Source of the DNA: an archaeon 13_2_20CM_2_53_6
GTDB lineage: Archaea > Thermoproteota > Bathyarchaeia > 40CM-2-53-6
Length of the DNA stretch: 64,000 bases
Direction of reading: 5' to 3'
Assembly: GCA_001915065.1 (NCBI GenBank)
Contig: MNDT01000061.1
Location: 2,954 to 66,953, forward strand
Below, in pieces: positions 39,072-49,021 of this stretch. The translations under genes and the position numbers were made by a program. Every line of letters starts with the position of its first letter. Position 1 is the stretch's first letter. A model generated the notes under the pieces. That model ran no database searches, was not told where the DNA came from, and saw nothing but the letters and a program-made list of their open reading frames with translations.

Positions 39072-39464
39072 TCATTTTGGGCTGTGAAGGCCGCCCCCTC
39101 GAACAGCCTCAGACCGAACCTTCTTCGGACGCTCAAACCTAGTCTCCTCTAGAACTATTCCATTGCGTATAGCGTCCTTCACGTAGGTGCTTCTCTGTCG
39201 AAGCTTTCGAAACTCTTCGACCGTGTAGCCGAAGGCTTCTAAGGGGATCCTGTTCTTCCATTCCTTCTGAAGATAGCGCAGTCTCTCGGGGACCGGCATG
39301 GCGGAGAAGCCGTCGGAGACGATTATCAGGTCTATGTCACTATCCTCCAGATAAGTTCCGGAGGCCCAAGAGCCGGTCAGTATCACCTTGTTGATCGTCA
39401 TGTTTCGGGCCAGCCGTTGAATGTATTGCCTGGTTATTCTCTTGATATTCTTCTCTTTAGCCAT
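39072..39464 (-). CDS. MNT minimal nucleotidyltransferase (antitoxin)
   Basis: ILTGSWASG, DSDIDLIIVS. Confidence 0.88.
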   Translation of the reverse strand: MAKEKNIKRITRQYIQRLARNMTINKVILTGSWASGTYLEDSDIDLIIVSDGFSAMPVPERLRYLQKEWKNRIPLEAFGYTVEEFRKLRQRSTYVKDAIRNGIVLEETRFERPKKVRSEAVRGGGLHSPK

Positions 39465-39850
39465 CGGACGAGTTCTCCCACTTCTCTGAGATATCTCTGG
39501 GCCTGCTCCTTTTTGAATAGTGTCCCCGGTGCCCCGAGAGCAGCGTCTGGGTATTCGGATGGGAGATAGAGAGGGGAAAGATCGTCCAGCGTTCTGATCA
39601 GCTTCGGGGATAGTTTCGCCTGTCGAGCAACCATTGCGTGAAGCCGGACCAGGTTGTGGCCGCTGGCCCCTCTCGGGGGCCTCTTCCTCTCAGAGAGGAT
39701 TGCCGCTTTCAGCGCCTTTTCCGCAGAGTTGTGCAGGACATGGATGCATTTGCTGTACTTTCCACCCTTGAAGAGAAGCTGGGCGGACTCGTAATCATCG
39801 ATCGCAGCCTCCAGCCACCATCCCGCGTCTTCGCGGACCGCCCTAGCCAA
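39434..39850 (-). CDS. HEPN-domain toxin
   Basis: WLEAAIDD, HNSAEKALKA, RGASGHNL (Rx4H), YPD; overlaps the MNT gene. Confidence 0.88.
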   Translation of the reverse strand: MARAVREDAGWWLEAAIDDYESAQLLFKGGKYSKCIHVLHNSAEKALKAAILSERKRPPRGASGHNLVRLHAMVARQAKLSPKLIRTLDDLSPLYLPSEYPDAALGAPGTLFKKEQAQRYLREVGELVRWLKRRISRE

Positions 39851-39957
39851 TATGGGTCTCTACTCAGCGACGTCCGCATCAGATTAAAAACTGACGCGAG
39901 GGTAGGCAAACGTGCTCGCAGACTGTAAAACCCCATATGTAGGCTGACTTCTGCGAC

Positions 39958-40620
39958 GTGATGTTGTCCACGCAAGAGGGAGACAGGCCGCGTCGACGGC
40001 CTCGACCTAGGTTAGAGTCGCTCTCCGATCTCATCTATGGATTGTCGCTGTCGATAGGCGCGATCAGTCTTGTCCTAACCAACGCCCAATCGTCGACAGT
40101 GAGTGACATCAACCGGAATGTTCTCGAGTTTCTCTTCGTCTTTCTTCTCTTGATTACGAGCTGGATAATCTATACCAGCGACATGTCGGTTCTCCCGATC
40201 GAGACCCGACTTGTAACATTCCTCAACGTTGTCCTCCTCATCCTTGTGGCGATATTCCCGTACCTCTTCGACCAGGTCGTCTCAACCTTCAACCCGGACA
40301 GTGTCCAGGAGTATGCGTCGATCCTTTTCACAGCTGACCTAGCGGGTACACTGGTGATCATGGCCACTTTTGCCCATATCATCGCGAGGGAAGAGGAGCA
40401 TCTGGTCGATGGAGAGATCATGATAAGGTTCCGTACGGCGCGAAACAGAATGAGCGTATTGACAGTGGTAGTGCTCTTGTCGCTTGCTACCCCCTGGGAC
40501 TGGCTGTTTCTCGGAGTGCACGTCAGGCTGTTAGTCTGGTACGTTCCGATTGTTTCGTTCTGGGTTAACAGGATGGCACGCTCCCCATTTTCATACTCAA
40601 GCTCCGCCCGGCAAGGATAG
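39958..40620 (+). CDS. TMEM175/DUF1211-like potassium channel
   Basis: RLESLSDLIYGLSLSI resembles the RxxxFSDxVxAIxxT signature; about 6 TM. Confidence 0.75.
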   Translation: MMLSTQEGDRPRRRPRPRLESLSDLIYGLSLSIGAISLVLTNAQSSTVSDINRNVLEFLFVFLLLITSWIIYTSDMSVLPIETRLVTFLNVVLLILVAIFPYLFDQVVSTFNPDSVQEYASILFTADLAGTLVIMATFAHIIAREEEHLVDGEIMIRFRTARNRMSVLTVVVLLSLATPWDWLFLGVHVRLLVWYVPIVSFWVNRMARSPFSYSSSARQG

Positions 40621-40724
40621 GCCGTTACGAACTTGAACTACATCGGGACACGTTCAGGGTTCACGACTGGAGTCGTGGATGATATGCCGGAACCTTCTAT
40701 AAATGTCGGAGCTGAGCGCGGCGC

Positions 40725-41411
40725 ATGAGTGACCCGGCTCTTCCTCTTGTGGAGCCAGATCTTGTCGGGATCTGGCGAAAGAATGTCTGGTGGTTTGGCC
40801 TCCGCTGGCCGTTCAGCATGGTCCTATTCTCCTGGGTCACAGTCGCGTCGACTCTTGCCCCGGAGTTTCACCTAGATCGCTATCTTCTGACGATGCTCGC
40901 AGGTTTCTTCGGTCTTGTTATCGGGGCCCACTATATCGACATAGCCGGAAGTGGGGAGAAGTATCTCCCATATTTTCCGAGGATGAACCGGGCAGCGATT
41001 AGATGGGTTGGGGTTTTGGCGGTTCTGGTCGGGGTTGCTGTTGGCGTCTACATGTCGCTCCTCTACTCTCTCTGGTTCCTGAGTTTCGTTGTACTGGGAG
41101 GATTCTTCGCGTTGTTCTATCCGGTCGAGACGCCCAAGTGGCTACACTCGTATCCCGGGTTTGGCGTGGCCTGGGGTTTCATGCCCGTGCTGGCTAGCTA
41201 CTATATCCAAGGGCTCCGGATTGATCTCGTTGGCGTTGGCTTGGCGGTCTTTCTAGGGATCACGGTGGTCGAGATGCATCACATGGCAGTCCTGACGAAT
41301 GAGAGAGAGTATGCTCCGGAGACAAGCGGGAACGCTAGGTTGTTGTTGAAGCTTCACCGGGGAGCTGCATACGCTATCGGGCTGATACTGCTCTTAGCAC
41401 GACTTGTGTAG
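40725..41411 (+). CDS. Multi-TM membrane protein (possibly UbiA-like)
   Basis: About 7 TM; GAHYID, FGVAWGFMPVL. Confidence 0.55.
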   Translation: MSDPALPLVEPDLVGIWRKNVWWFGLRWPFSMVLFSWVTVASTLAPEFHLDRYLLTMLAGFFGLVIGAHYIDIAGSGEKYLPYFPRMNRAAIRWVGVLAVLVGVAVGVYMSLLYSLWFLSFVVLGGFFALFYPVETPKWLHSYPGFGVAWGFMPVLASYYIQGLRIDLVGVGLAVFLGITVVEMHHMAVLTNEREYAPETSGNARLLLKLHRGAAYAIGLILLLARLV

Positions 41412-41463
41412 AGTCCCGACCAGCTCAGCGAAACCCCAAACCTAGATAGCCGTAATACATCGT

Positions 41464-41730
41464 GTGAGGTGTTATCTGTTGGACGATGAGCTGATCGTGC
41501 GGTATTACTCCCGTGTGACTCGGAAGGGTCAGACCACGATTCCATCCGTGCTCCGGAGGAGGTTTGGGTTCGCGGAGGGCGACAGAGTAGTGTTCGAGGA
41601 GACGAAGCATGGTCTGGTTCTGAAGCGCGCCGCCGACATTGAGGATTCTGCGGGGGTCCTCTCTCGCTTTGCGGACGCTAGCGAAGTTATCGACCACCTT
41701 CTCCGAGAGAGACGAAATAGCTTCAGATAG
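41464..41730 (+). CDS. AbrB/MazE-family antitoxin (orphan)
   Basis: SRVTRKGQTTIPSVLRRRFGFAEGDRVVF. Confidence 0.85.
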   Translation: MRCYLLDDELIVRYYSRVTRKGQTTIPSVLRRRFGFAEGDRVVFEETKHGLVLKRAADIEDSAGVLSRFADASEVIDHLLRERRNSFR

Positions 41731-41808
41731 AGACTTCTCCACGAAGATCCTCACTTCAGAGACATAAGAGAGGTCAGAGCAAGGACACTGGCAGAAATCA
41801 AGATTTGA
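41731..41808 (+). pseudogene. Probable C-terminal remnant of a PIN/VapC toxin
   Basis: RLLHEDPHFRDIREVRAR directly after the AbrB stop resembles the last PIN motif (T-x-D-x-HF). Confidence 0.45.
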
Positions 41809-42126
41809 GTGGCGAGGGAGGCCTTTTGGAGCTAGTCGAAATTCTGCGTGGTGTCTGGTCCGGACGAGAGGCTCCGATACGCTTTCGATGCAATGGAACC
41901 GACTGCAGATGTAGACGTTTATCGAGTTATGCTAATTTCGTGGGCTGAGTAGGACGGGACTTGAGACTGGTACTTTTCTAGTGTGGTCTCCCACTCGATG
42001 ATGTAGCGAGTGCTGCCGCCTTTGCCAGTGGACGCGTATACTTGGGCATAACAATAGTTTCACCAAATTTTTCGGAGCTCTCTCACCTTTCTTCTTCCAG
42101 ACGATCTAACAGTTCCCATGCAGAGC

Positions 42127-42288
42127 ATGGATCTGAAGATCTTCTGTCCGCGCTGCCGAGAGCCTACATATCGCGAGGTCCGATACCGTTCCGACCCTCA
42201 GTTCATCGGCCGAGTACTAGTCTGCGAGCACTGTGGCGAAAGGATTCTAGAACCGCTCGGGTCCGGAAGGGAGTGCGAGGACTGTTGA
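42127..42288 (+). CDS. Zn-ribbon microprotein (53 aa), absent from the ORF track
   Basis: MDLKIFCPRCREPTY...LVCEHCGERILEP..ECEDC. Confidence 0.6.
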   Translation: MDLKIFCPRCREPTYREVRYRSDPQFIGRVLVCEHCGERILEPLGSGRECEDC

Positions 42289-42474
42289 CCAGCCTACAAG
42301 CGATGTGGCTGATGGACCTACGCCAGCCACGCAGAGAGAATCGACGGAGACCAAGACGCAATACCACCAAGCGTCGCTCAACAGGACCCTGATTCTGGGC
42401 CGGTTACAGTTATCGTATTACGAGCTCCGCGCGATTCTTTCACTAGTCTTCTATAGACTCGCCTGGAGTAGCTG

Positions 42475-43080
42475 GTGCTCGATTTGGCAGCTTTGCCGGT
42501 ATTCGCCTCGGGTCTCGGGCTCGTTCTCTTCGACACTGGCTACTTCGTCTGGATTGTGAGTGAGCTGTTCGGAGCGGTGCTGGTTCCAAGGCTTCGAGGG
42601 CGAGGAGCGACACGGGTGAGGAGGGATCGTGGCTCTGGGGCCTTGATCATCTTCACTGTCTTCATCTCGATCGGGCTCGCGCTAAGCTTCGGGTACGCTG
42701 GTGTAGTTGTATTGCCTGATTGGGTCTTCTATCCCGGAATTTTCCTGATGCTGCTCGGCGTTCTGGTCCGGCAGTGGGCAATCGCCGTCCTGGGACGGTT
42801 CTTCTCCTTGACTGTCCGGGTAGCCACGGACCACCAGGTTGTGACGAGGGGTCCTTATCGTCTGATCCGACACCCATCCTATACGGGCGTCCTGATCACG
42901 TTCATCGGACTGGGTCTGGCTGTGCAGTCCTTGGGAGGATTGCTGGTCTTGCTCGGAGTCTTCAGCCTCTCCTACGGCTACCGGATCAGAGTGGAAGAGA
43001 AAACCCTGCTGTCCGAGCTCGGCCAAGACTACGCCAGCTACATGAAACGGACGAAACGGCTCATACCCGACTTCGTCTAG
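42475..43080 (+). CDS. Isoprenylcysteine carboxyl methyltransferase (ICMT/Ste14) family protein
   Basis: LGRFFS, GPYRLIRHPSYTG, RIRVEEKTL, YMKRTKRLIP. Confidence 0.9.
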   Translation: MLDLAALPVFASGLGLVLFDTGYFVWIVSELFGAVLVPRLRGRGATRVRRDRGSGALIIFTVFISIGLALSFGYAGVVVLPDWVFYPGIFLMLLGVLVRQWAIAVLGRFFSLTVRVATDHQVVTRGPYRLIRHPSYTGVLITFIGLGLAVQSLGGLLVLLGVFSLSYGYRIRVEEKTLLSELGQDYASYMKRTKRLIPDFV

Positions 43081-43205
43081 CTATAGCGTTTCGCGTGAAA
43101 TTCGGGACGCCCCATCTGTGACGAGAGAGGGTTGAAGGATCTGACTCCTGGTCGGTTTGGAACCCGGCTCCCGGCATCGAATGCCCCCCGCTTGTAGGGG
43201 CTCAG

Positions 43206-43664
43206 TCATCTCTCCACATAGTCGCCCAGAACAATTATCTGCAGCTCGCTGACTCTCTTCAGTTTGTCGTCATTGGTAACGAAGCCGGTTGCGCGGTTTG
43301 AGAGTGCGGTGCCAATCTGGATAGCGTCCGGCGGTTTGAGGCCATAGGCGGCTCTTAGGTCCGAAGCCCTCTCTGCACAATTATCATCTATCGGTTTCAA
43401 CGCGAGATTTGGGAAGGTCTTTAGAAGGAATCTGTAGTCTTCGGCCGCTTGCATGTTTCCGATCTGCTTTGGCCTGACGAGCACTTCCATCAACGTGAGG
43501 GTGGAAGTGAGGGCCTTGAGGCTGCCGTTCTCAACCTCCTCGAGTAGCCGGAGTGTCAGTTTGGAATACTCCGGATCCTTCTCGAGATGGTAGATGAAGG
43601 GTGAAGTGTCGATTCCGACCAGCTTGTGCCTGGCTAGGCTTTTGAGGAGGCCTCTCTCGCCCAT
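43206..43664 (-). CDS. VapC PIN-domain toxin
   Basis: IDTSPFIY, TLMEVL, PDAIQIGTA, VTND. Confidence 0.9.
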   Translation of the reverse strand: MGERGLLKSLARHKLVGIDTSPFIYHLEKDPEYSKLTLRLLEEVENGSLKALTSTLTLMEVLVRPKQIGNMQAAEDYRFLLKTFPNLALKPIDDNCAERASDLRAAYGLKPPDAIQIGTALSNRATGFVTNDDKLKRVSELQIIVLGDYVER

Positions 43665-43891
43665 GATTCTCGCTCCTTCCTCACGTACTCATCTGGCTTG
43701 ACGCCCTTCCAGACATCCTTGTGCAACCCTAGCATGTGCCTAGCATAACTGCGCGGCCGGGGCTTGATCATAACCTTCCCCTTCTCAACCTCGACAACCA
43801 GTTCGTCCCCAGCGCCGACTCCTAACGCTTCCCGGGCCTCTCGCGGGACCACGACCTGGTGTTTCCGGCTCACCCTTACGATGGAGCCCAT
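43634..43891 (-). CDS. AbrB/MazE-family antitoxin
   Basis: VSRKHQVVVPREAREALGVGAGDEL. Confidence 0.9.
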   Translation of the reverse strand: MGSIVRVSRKHQVVVPREAREALGVGAGDELVVEVEKGKVMIKPRPRSYARHMLGLHKDVWKGVKPDEYVRKERESWAREASSKA

Positions 43892-43900
43892 GTAACAATC

Positions 43901-43946
43901 ACTTTACTCTTATGGGCGACGCTTTACAATAAACATTCCGCTTTAC
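43901..43946. promoter_or_regulatory. Three CTTTAC direct repeats upstream of abrB-vapC (candidate operator)
   Basis: CTTTAC at 43902, 43922 and 43941 (about two helical turns apart), around an AT-rich box. Confidence 0.45.
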
Positions 43947-44114
43947 CCTTAATCCCGGCATGAGGTATCCGTTTCTCCGCGAAATCCCGAAAATAATTCG
44001 TGCGCGCTTATCGGCATGACTCGAAATAAGAGTTTAGCGAAGTAGCGGTTTACCGTAACCTTCTAGACTTATCTGAGAATGACTCGATCTTAGTCTCGAT
44101 CAAGGCGCGTCTAT

Positions 44115-44900
44115 CTGGACTCGTTTGAGGCAGAATCCAAACGGTCACGATTCACAATCCGAGAAGTACTAAGCGCTGCGACTCATGGAGGAAGGCTGTG
44201 GACCCCGGCATCCGTCGTCCTGGGCGAGAATCGGGTCCGGGTTGTTACAAATGAAGGGTCTCTCGAACTGCGACCACGCAGGCTCGTATGGACCGAGCCT
44301 AACAGTTTTCGCATCACCGGACTCAGTAGACGCCTAGCCTTTCGACGCAGCCATCTGCGATTCAAGAGTCCCGAGGAAGCGTCTCGGGCCGCGTCGATCA
44401 TCAAGCAGAATTCCACAGTTCTGGAAGTGCCGTGGGTCCCGGTCGAGGAGTTCCCCGTGCAAGTCCGACTAATGATCACTGCGAGGTACGTGGTTCTCCT
44501 AGCCTATGTTGCCTTTTGGAACGTGCTTGTCGGACTATTTCTATTGCTCGTGCTAGGCGCTCTCGGGACATTCGGACTCGTAGCCGGAGTAGTAGCACTC
44601 ATGGGTTACTCAGGATTCCCGCTATGGATAGCAATCGCGCGAACGAGAAGGAAGACCCACGGCTGGCTCAGGATTCAGGGCAGATCGGTTGTCGTGCGAA
44701 GTCTAGATTGGATACCCGTCTTTCCGAAATTGATTGAATGGAAAAGCCCTCAGGTCATTGTTCTTAGAGGCCGGGGGATAAGCTATGAACTGTCCTTTCT
44801 GACCAGTGAGAGTCTAACCCGAGCGGTAGCGAGGATAAGAACCGCCTATCCCGGGGTCCAAGAAATTCTCGCTGAGACGTACATGCAAGATTCACGATGA
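44115..44900 (+). CDS. Membrane protein with two similar soluble domains flanking 2 TM helices; proposed CTG start
   Basis: Frame is open from TAG 44091 through to 44900; N- and C-terminal domains resemble each other. Confidence 0.6.
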   Translation: MDSFEAESKRSRFTIREVLSAATHGGRLWTPASVVLGENRVRVVTNEGSLELRPRRLVWTEPNSFRITGLSRRLAFRRSHLRFKSPEEASRAASIIKQNSTVLEVPWVPVEEFPVQVRLMITARYVVLLAYVAFWNVLVGLFLLLVLGALGTFGLVAGVVALMGYSGFPLWIAIARTRRKTHGWLRIQGRSVVVRSLDWIPVFPKLIEWKSPQVIVLRGRGISYELSFLTSESLTRAVARIRTAYPGVQEILAETYMQDSR

Positions 44901-44910
44901 TTTCCTGGTG
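44740..44910 (+). repeat. Direct repeat, left copy (3' end of the 44115..44900 gene)
   Basis: Collinear with 53081-53250 (shared GAACTGTCCTTTC, AGTCTAACCCGAGCGGT, GTCCAAGA). Confidence 0.88.
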
Positions 44911-44953
44911 GCAGATTGAGGAACGTCTCTTCATAGACGCGTCCATGCCTCGT

Positions 44954-45170
44954 ACAAAGAGCAGTTCTGCGTCACGAGGATCAACGTTTTTGAGATTTTT
45001 GGAGAGGGGTCCAGCTGGTTGAACAAGATCTGGGCGAGTCTCGTGATTCCGGGCGTGTTATGGGCTGGTCAGGCGCTTTGGATATCGTGGAGGTCAGCGT
45101 GCAGGTCAGCGTGAAAACTGCGCGAGGTCAAATCGTCTTCCCCGATCGTCAATCCGGGCTTGTTCTGCGC
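44954..45170 (+). repeat. Dispersed repeat, copy 4
   Basis: ACAAAGAGCAGTTCTGCGTCACGAGGATCAACG..GATCTGGGCGAG..TCAAATCG, collinear with the reverse complement of 25153-25393. Confidence 0.8.
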
Positions 45171-45302
45171 TTGTCGGGCTTGAAACGGAACAGTTTCCAA
45201 GTTTCGAATCTTCTGCGTGATGCTTGGCCTGCGTGACCTATAATCGGAAAATAGGACTCGACTGGGTCTGTCACGAGTGGGAGGGCCAAGATCAAAGGTT
45301 GG

Positions 45303-46199
45303 CTAGCAGGGTGCATGGAGATAACTCCGGACGAGACAGGCCGTAAACTTGTAACCTGCGATGTTGAGTCCGAAGGAGCCGGTGACTTGGCTTGCGGCTA
45401 GGAAGGCGATGAAGAATGCGACAACGAGATAGTCTTTGCGGGTCATTCTAATCACCCTTAGGGAAGTTCTCTTGCCGGGGTTGTAGCCGAATCCTCTTGA
45501 TGATATTGCTGCTGCGAGAAACTCAGCCCTTGTAAATGATCTTACTATAGTTGGAATAATGGCTGGGATGTAGAGCCTCAGAGCCTTCACGGGATTCCTG
45601 GTCTTAATCCTCCAGCCCCGGGCCTTCTGCGCTTCGAATATTGTAGTTGCCTGCCTAGCGGTGACCGGTAGGAATCCGAAGGCCACGCTTATGGCCGTGG
45701 TTATCTCTACAGGAACACGGAACTTGCTCCAGGCCAGAGCAACCTCCGTCGGCGAGGTGAAGGTGAGGAGAAGCCTGCCTGCGGTGGCGATTATTATGAG
45801 CCTCTCCATGGCTCCGACCGCGTAGACGAGGTTCTCGATGGTCAGCTTTCCGTAAGGGCCGAAGCTACCGATCTTGGGAATGATGTAGCCGATGATGAGG
45901 GGCTGGATAGTGGAGGAGACGCCGAGCCCAGTGGGTCCGTAGAAGAAGATGTTGAACAGAATGAGGAAGACTAGGGCGGGGGTTAGAAACACAAGTGGTT
46001 TCAGGATTGCCTTGAGGCTCTGCTTCGCGAGAAGCCCCACAGAAATTATCGCGAAAAATAGTGCCGTCAGCCATATAGGATCAGTCCATGCGACCGCGGG
46101 AAGTGTGAATGCAAAGAACCAGAGAAACTTGACTCTGGGGTCCAGACGATGGATCGGACTGTCTTCTTCCTTGTAGCTGAAGAGGTTCAGAACGCTCAT
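45303..46199 (-). CDS. ecfT: ECF transporter transmembrane T component
   Basis: SPIHRLDPRVK, AQKARG and ISSRGF motifs. Confidence 0.9.
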   Translation of the reverse strand: MSVLNLFSYKEEDSPIHRLDPRVKFLWFFAFTLPAVAWTDPIWLTALFFAIISVGLLAKQSLKAILKPLVFLTPALVFLILFNIFFYGPTGLGVSSTIQPLIIGYIIPKIGSFGPYGKLTIENLVYAVGAMERLIIIATAGRLLLTFTSPTEVALAWSKFRVPVEITTAISVAFGFLPVTARQATTIFEAQKARGWRIKTRNPVKALRLYIPAIIPTIVRSFTRAEFLAAAISSRGFGYNPGKRTSLRVIRMTRKDYLVVAFFIAFLAASQVTGSFGLNIAGYKFTACLVRSYLHAPC

Positions 46200-46237
46200 C
46201 GAAAATTATCCTGCCGATGGGTCAACGATGGTTCAGG

Positions 46238-48016
46238 CTATCCTGTGAGATACGCGATTGCGCTTTCAACATCGAGAATGTCGCGCGGCAGATCGAATTC
46301 TGATGAGAGAGCCTGAAAGAGTGAAGTGATTTGCGGCGGAGCGAGAGACGTCTCTATCAACTTCTCCGGTGCTGAGAAAACCTCTCTTGGACTCCCCGAC
46401 ATGAATATGGCTCCTCGTCTGAAAACGAAGATTAAGTTACAGTATTCCGCGACGAGGTTCATGTTGTGGCTTATGATGATCACTGTCTTGCCGGTGTCGT
46501 TGAATCTCTTACAGATCTCCATTACAGTCTTGGCGCGCGCGTAGTCTTGGCCAGTCGTCGGCTCGTCTACAATGAGCACTCGAGGCTCTAGGGTCATGAT
46601 CGAGCCGAAGGCGACCCTCTGACGAAGTCCCTGGCTTAGGGAGAATGGACTGTGGCTGAGATAATTCTCTATTTCCAGGTCCCTTGCGACTTCCCTGACC
46701 CGACGGCCTATCTCATCCGGAGGCAGTTTCTTGTTCTTGGGTCCGAATTCCAGTTCCTCCTTGACCGTTCGGGCAAAGAACTGGTCGTCTGGGTTCTGAA
46801 AACTGTAGCCCACGATACTGGCTAGCTCGTCTGCTTCCTTTCCCGATGAATCCTCTCCGAAGATCTTGATCCTTCCCTTCGAGGCCTTGTAGAGTCCATT
46901 CAGGAGCTTCGCCGTTGTCGTTTTGCCCGAGCCGTTCTGCCCGACGAAGCCTACAAAGTCGCCTTCTCTAAGAGTAAGATTTAGTTCGGAGATCGCCTGC
47001 GTACCGTCAGGATAGTTGTACGCTACTCCTTCGCACTGGACCGAGATGCGATCGGAAAGCATAGGTGGCTTCTTGTCACTGTTTCGAAGACTGGTCTTCG
47101 GAAGGACGATTCGATGGCTCAGAATTTTTCTGAATGCCTCGATGCCTTCATCTAGTGTTACCGGTATCTTGTCGAGATTGATCCCTTTCTCCATGAGTTT
47201 GTAGGCAAGGCGCGTAACATCGGGGACCTGGATCTCCATTCCCTCGATCAAGCTGGCTCTGGAGAGGACATTGAGGGGCTTGTCGTCGGCTACTATCCTG
47301 CCATTGGACAGAACTATCATTCTGTCTGCGAAGGGCAGGACGTCTTCCAGCTTGTGCTCAACGATGATCACAGTTCTTTTCTCAGTCTTGACAAGTTCTC
47401 TGATCCTTTCGAAAACGAGGGTGGTCCCAATCGGGTCTAGGTTTGATGTGGGCTCGTCGAGAACCAGTATCTGAGGATGCATCACTTCGATTGCAGCAAT
47501 CGCACACGCTTGCTGCTGGCCTCCGGATAGGCTATGAGGGCTCTTCTTCTCCATTCCCACAAGCCGAGAGATTTGGAGGCCTTCGTTGACACGGTTTCTT
47601 ATCTCGGTCGATGGCAGGCAGAAGTTTTCGGGGCCAAATGCCAGTTCCTCCTCGACCGTCGAGTTGAAGAGCTGGTTTGAAGGGTTGTCAAAGCATAATC
47701 CTGTTATGGCTGAGAGAACCGGAACATCATAAACCCTAATGTCCAAGTCCGCGATCGTTACGTTTCCTTGGAGATCTCCGCGAAAGAAATGAGGTATCAG
47801 ACCATTCGTTGTTCTGCAGAGTGTCGTCTTTCCTGCGCCGCTCGGCCCCGTTATTATGATAACTTCGCCTGGGGCGACTTCGAGATCTATTCCTTGGATT
47901 GCGTCTTCTGTCGACCCTTCGTACTTCCACGATAGTCCCTTCATCTTTATGATAGCTTTAGACTTGGAATCGATTTCGGAATTGACGAGTTGGGTTTGTG
48001 GCAGTCCTTCCTGCAA
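46238..48016 (-). CDS. ECF transporter fused double ATPase (A-A')
   Basis: GPSGAGKT, LSGGQQQ, LDEPT; GQNGSGKT, FQNPDDQ, LSQGLRQ, VDEPTTGQD. Confidence 0.92.
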   Translation of the reverse strand: MQEGLPQTQLVNSEIDSKSKAIIKMKGLSWKYEGSTEDAIQGIDLEVAPGEVIIITGPSGAGKTTLCRTTNGLIPHFFRGDLQGNVTIADLDIRVYDVPVLSAITGLCFDNPSNQLFNSTVEEELAFGPENFCLPSTEIRNRVNEGLQISRLVGMEKKSPHSLSGGQQQACAIAAIEVMHPQILVLDEPTSNLDPIGTTLVFERIRELVKTEKRTVIIVEHKLEDVLPFADRMIVLSNGRIVADDKPLNVLSRASLIEGMEIQVPDVTRLAYKLMEKGINLDKIPVTLDEGIEAFRKILSHRIVLPKTSLRNSDKKPPMLSDRISVQCEGVAYNYPDGTQAISELNLTLREGDFVGFVGQNGSGKTTTAKLLNGLYKASKGRIKIFGEDSSGKEADELASIVGYSFQNPDDQFFARTVKEELEFGPKNKKLPPDEIGRRVREVARDLEIENYLSHSPFSLSQGLRQRVAFGSIMTLEPRVLIVDEPTTGQDYARAKTVMEICKRFNDTGKTVIIISHNMNLVAEYCNLIFVFRRGAIFMSGSPREVFSAPEKLIETSLAPPQITSLFQALSSEFDLPRDILDVESAIAYLTG

Positions 48017-48174
48017 AGTGTGGGACTCGGCTAGCTCTTGTAGGCTCGGAGCTTTTATACAAATCTGGAAAAGCCTCCACGCGAGCCCCGTATGTACTTA
48101 TAAACCGATTTTGCGTCCGATTTGTCCCATATCCGCCAAAGTTATATCGATCCTGAATCCCATTCTTGAATCGT

Positions 48175-48852
48175 ATGTCGGATAGCCCAAAGAATGTTCG
48201 GGCCGTGCCAACCTCTCCGGGTGGAGTTCCTCCTGCAGTGGCATCGATTGTTCCTAGAAAGATGCTCCTCAGTACTCGAGGAATCGCGATATCGGCGATT
48301 TTGGGAGGCATGGCACTTGTAACAGAAGCTCTGGGACTTTCCCTGCCTGGATATCTTCCTGGTGTAAACTTCAACCTTGTCGGAACCTACCTCTCGATAG
48401 CCACAATGGCGGCGGGACCGTTGGGTGGGATGATTGTTACAATTCTTGATTCGTTCACATCAAGCGTCGGATTCTACGGACTGCCCTTCTACTGGCCCCA
48501 CGTTTTCATTCTAGCATATTTCTGGCCTAAGATCTACAAGCTTTCGAACACGGCTTACAGACTCGGGCTGTACTGGGCTGTCAGTGCGGTAGCGCTCTTC
48601 ACCCAATACTGGGGCTGGTTCTGGCTGTATGTAGTTGTCTTCAAGTACGCTGATACCGTCGTACCGCTTGCGGTCTACAACTTCGGAGGAGGCGCCTTCT
48701 GGATATTCCTCCTCATCTACGCACTGATTCCATCAGCGATCCTAACCGCATTTCCCTCTTTCGTAAAGCCAGAGTGGAAGTTTGCGAATCTGAAGTGGTG
48801 GACCCTTGCCGTCGTAGTGATATTTCTAGCGCTCGCAGCAACGAAGGCGTAG
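48175..48852 (+). CDS. Putative ECF S (substrate-binding) component
   Basis: STRGIAISAILGG, AGPLGGMIV, about 6 TM; divergent from the A and T genes. Confidence 0.7.
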   Translation: MSDSPKNVRAVPTSPGGVPPAVASIVPRKMLLSTRGIAISAILGGMALVTEALGLSLPGYLPGVNFNLVGTYLSIATMAAGPLGGMIVTILDSFTSSVGFYGLPFYWPHVFILAYFWPKIYKLSNTAYRLGLYWAVSAVALFTQYWGWFWLYVVVFKYADTVVPLAVYNFGGGAFWIFLLIYALIPSAILTAFPSFVKPEWKFANLKWWTLAVVVIFLALAATKA

Positions 48853-48862
48853 GTAAAGAGTA

Positions 48863-49021
48863 ATGGCAGACCCCACGGACCTTCAGATGGCGGGCGCCAT
48901 AGCGATGATCATCGTCGTCTTCATCCTCGCTGTGATATTTTCCAAGTATTGGCGTCCCAAGGCGACAGAAGAGACGAGTAGGAATCAGCCTGCGAAGATA
49001 GGAAATAAAGGGCTCGGCTGA
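48863..49021 (+). CDS. Single-TM microprotein (52 aa), absent from the ORF track
   Basis: MADPTDLQMAGAIAMIIVVFILAVIFSKYWRPK...; 10 bp after the S-component stop. Confidence 0.65.
   Translation: MADPTDLQMAGAIAMIIVVFILAVIFSKYWRPKATEETSRNQPAKIGNKGLG

Noticed and set aside
43955-44055. Short words shared with the repeat family (GAGGTATCCG, GCATGACTC, GCTTATCGGC)
   Set aside because: Spacing is not collinear; cannot be separated from chance without a profile search
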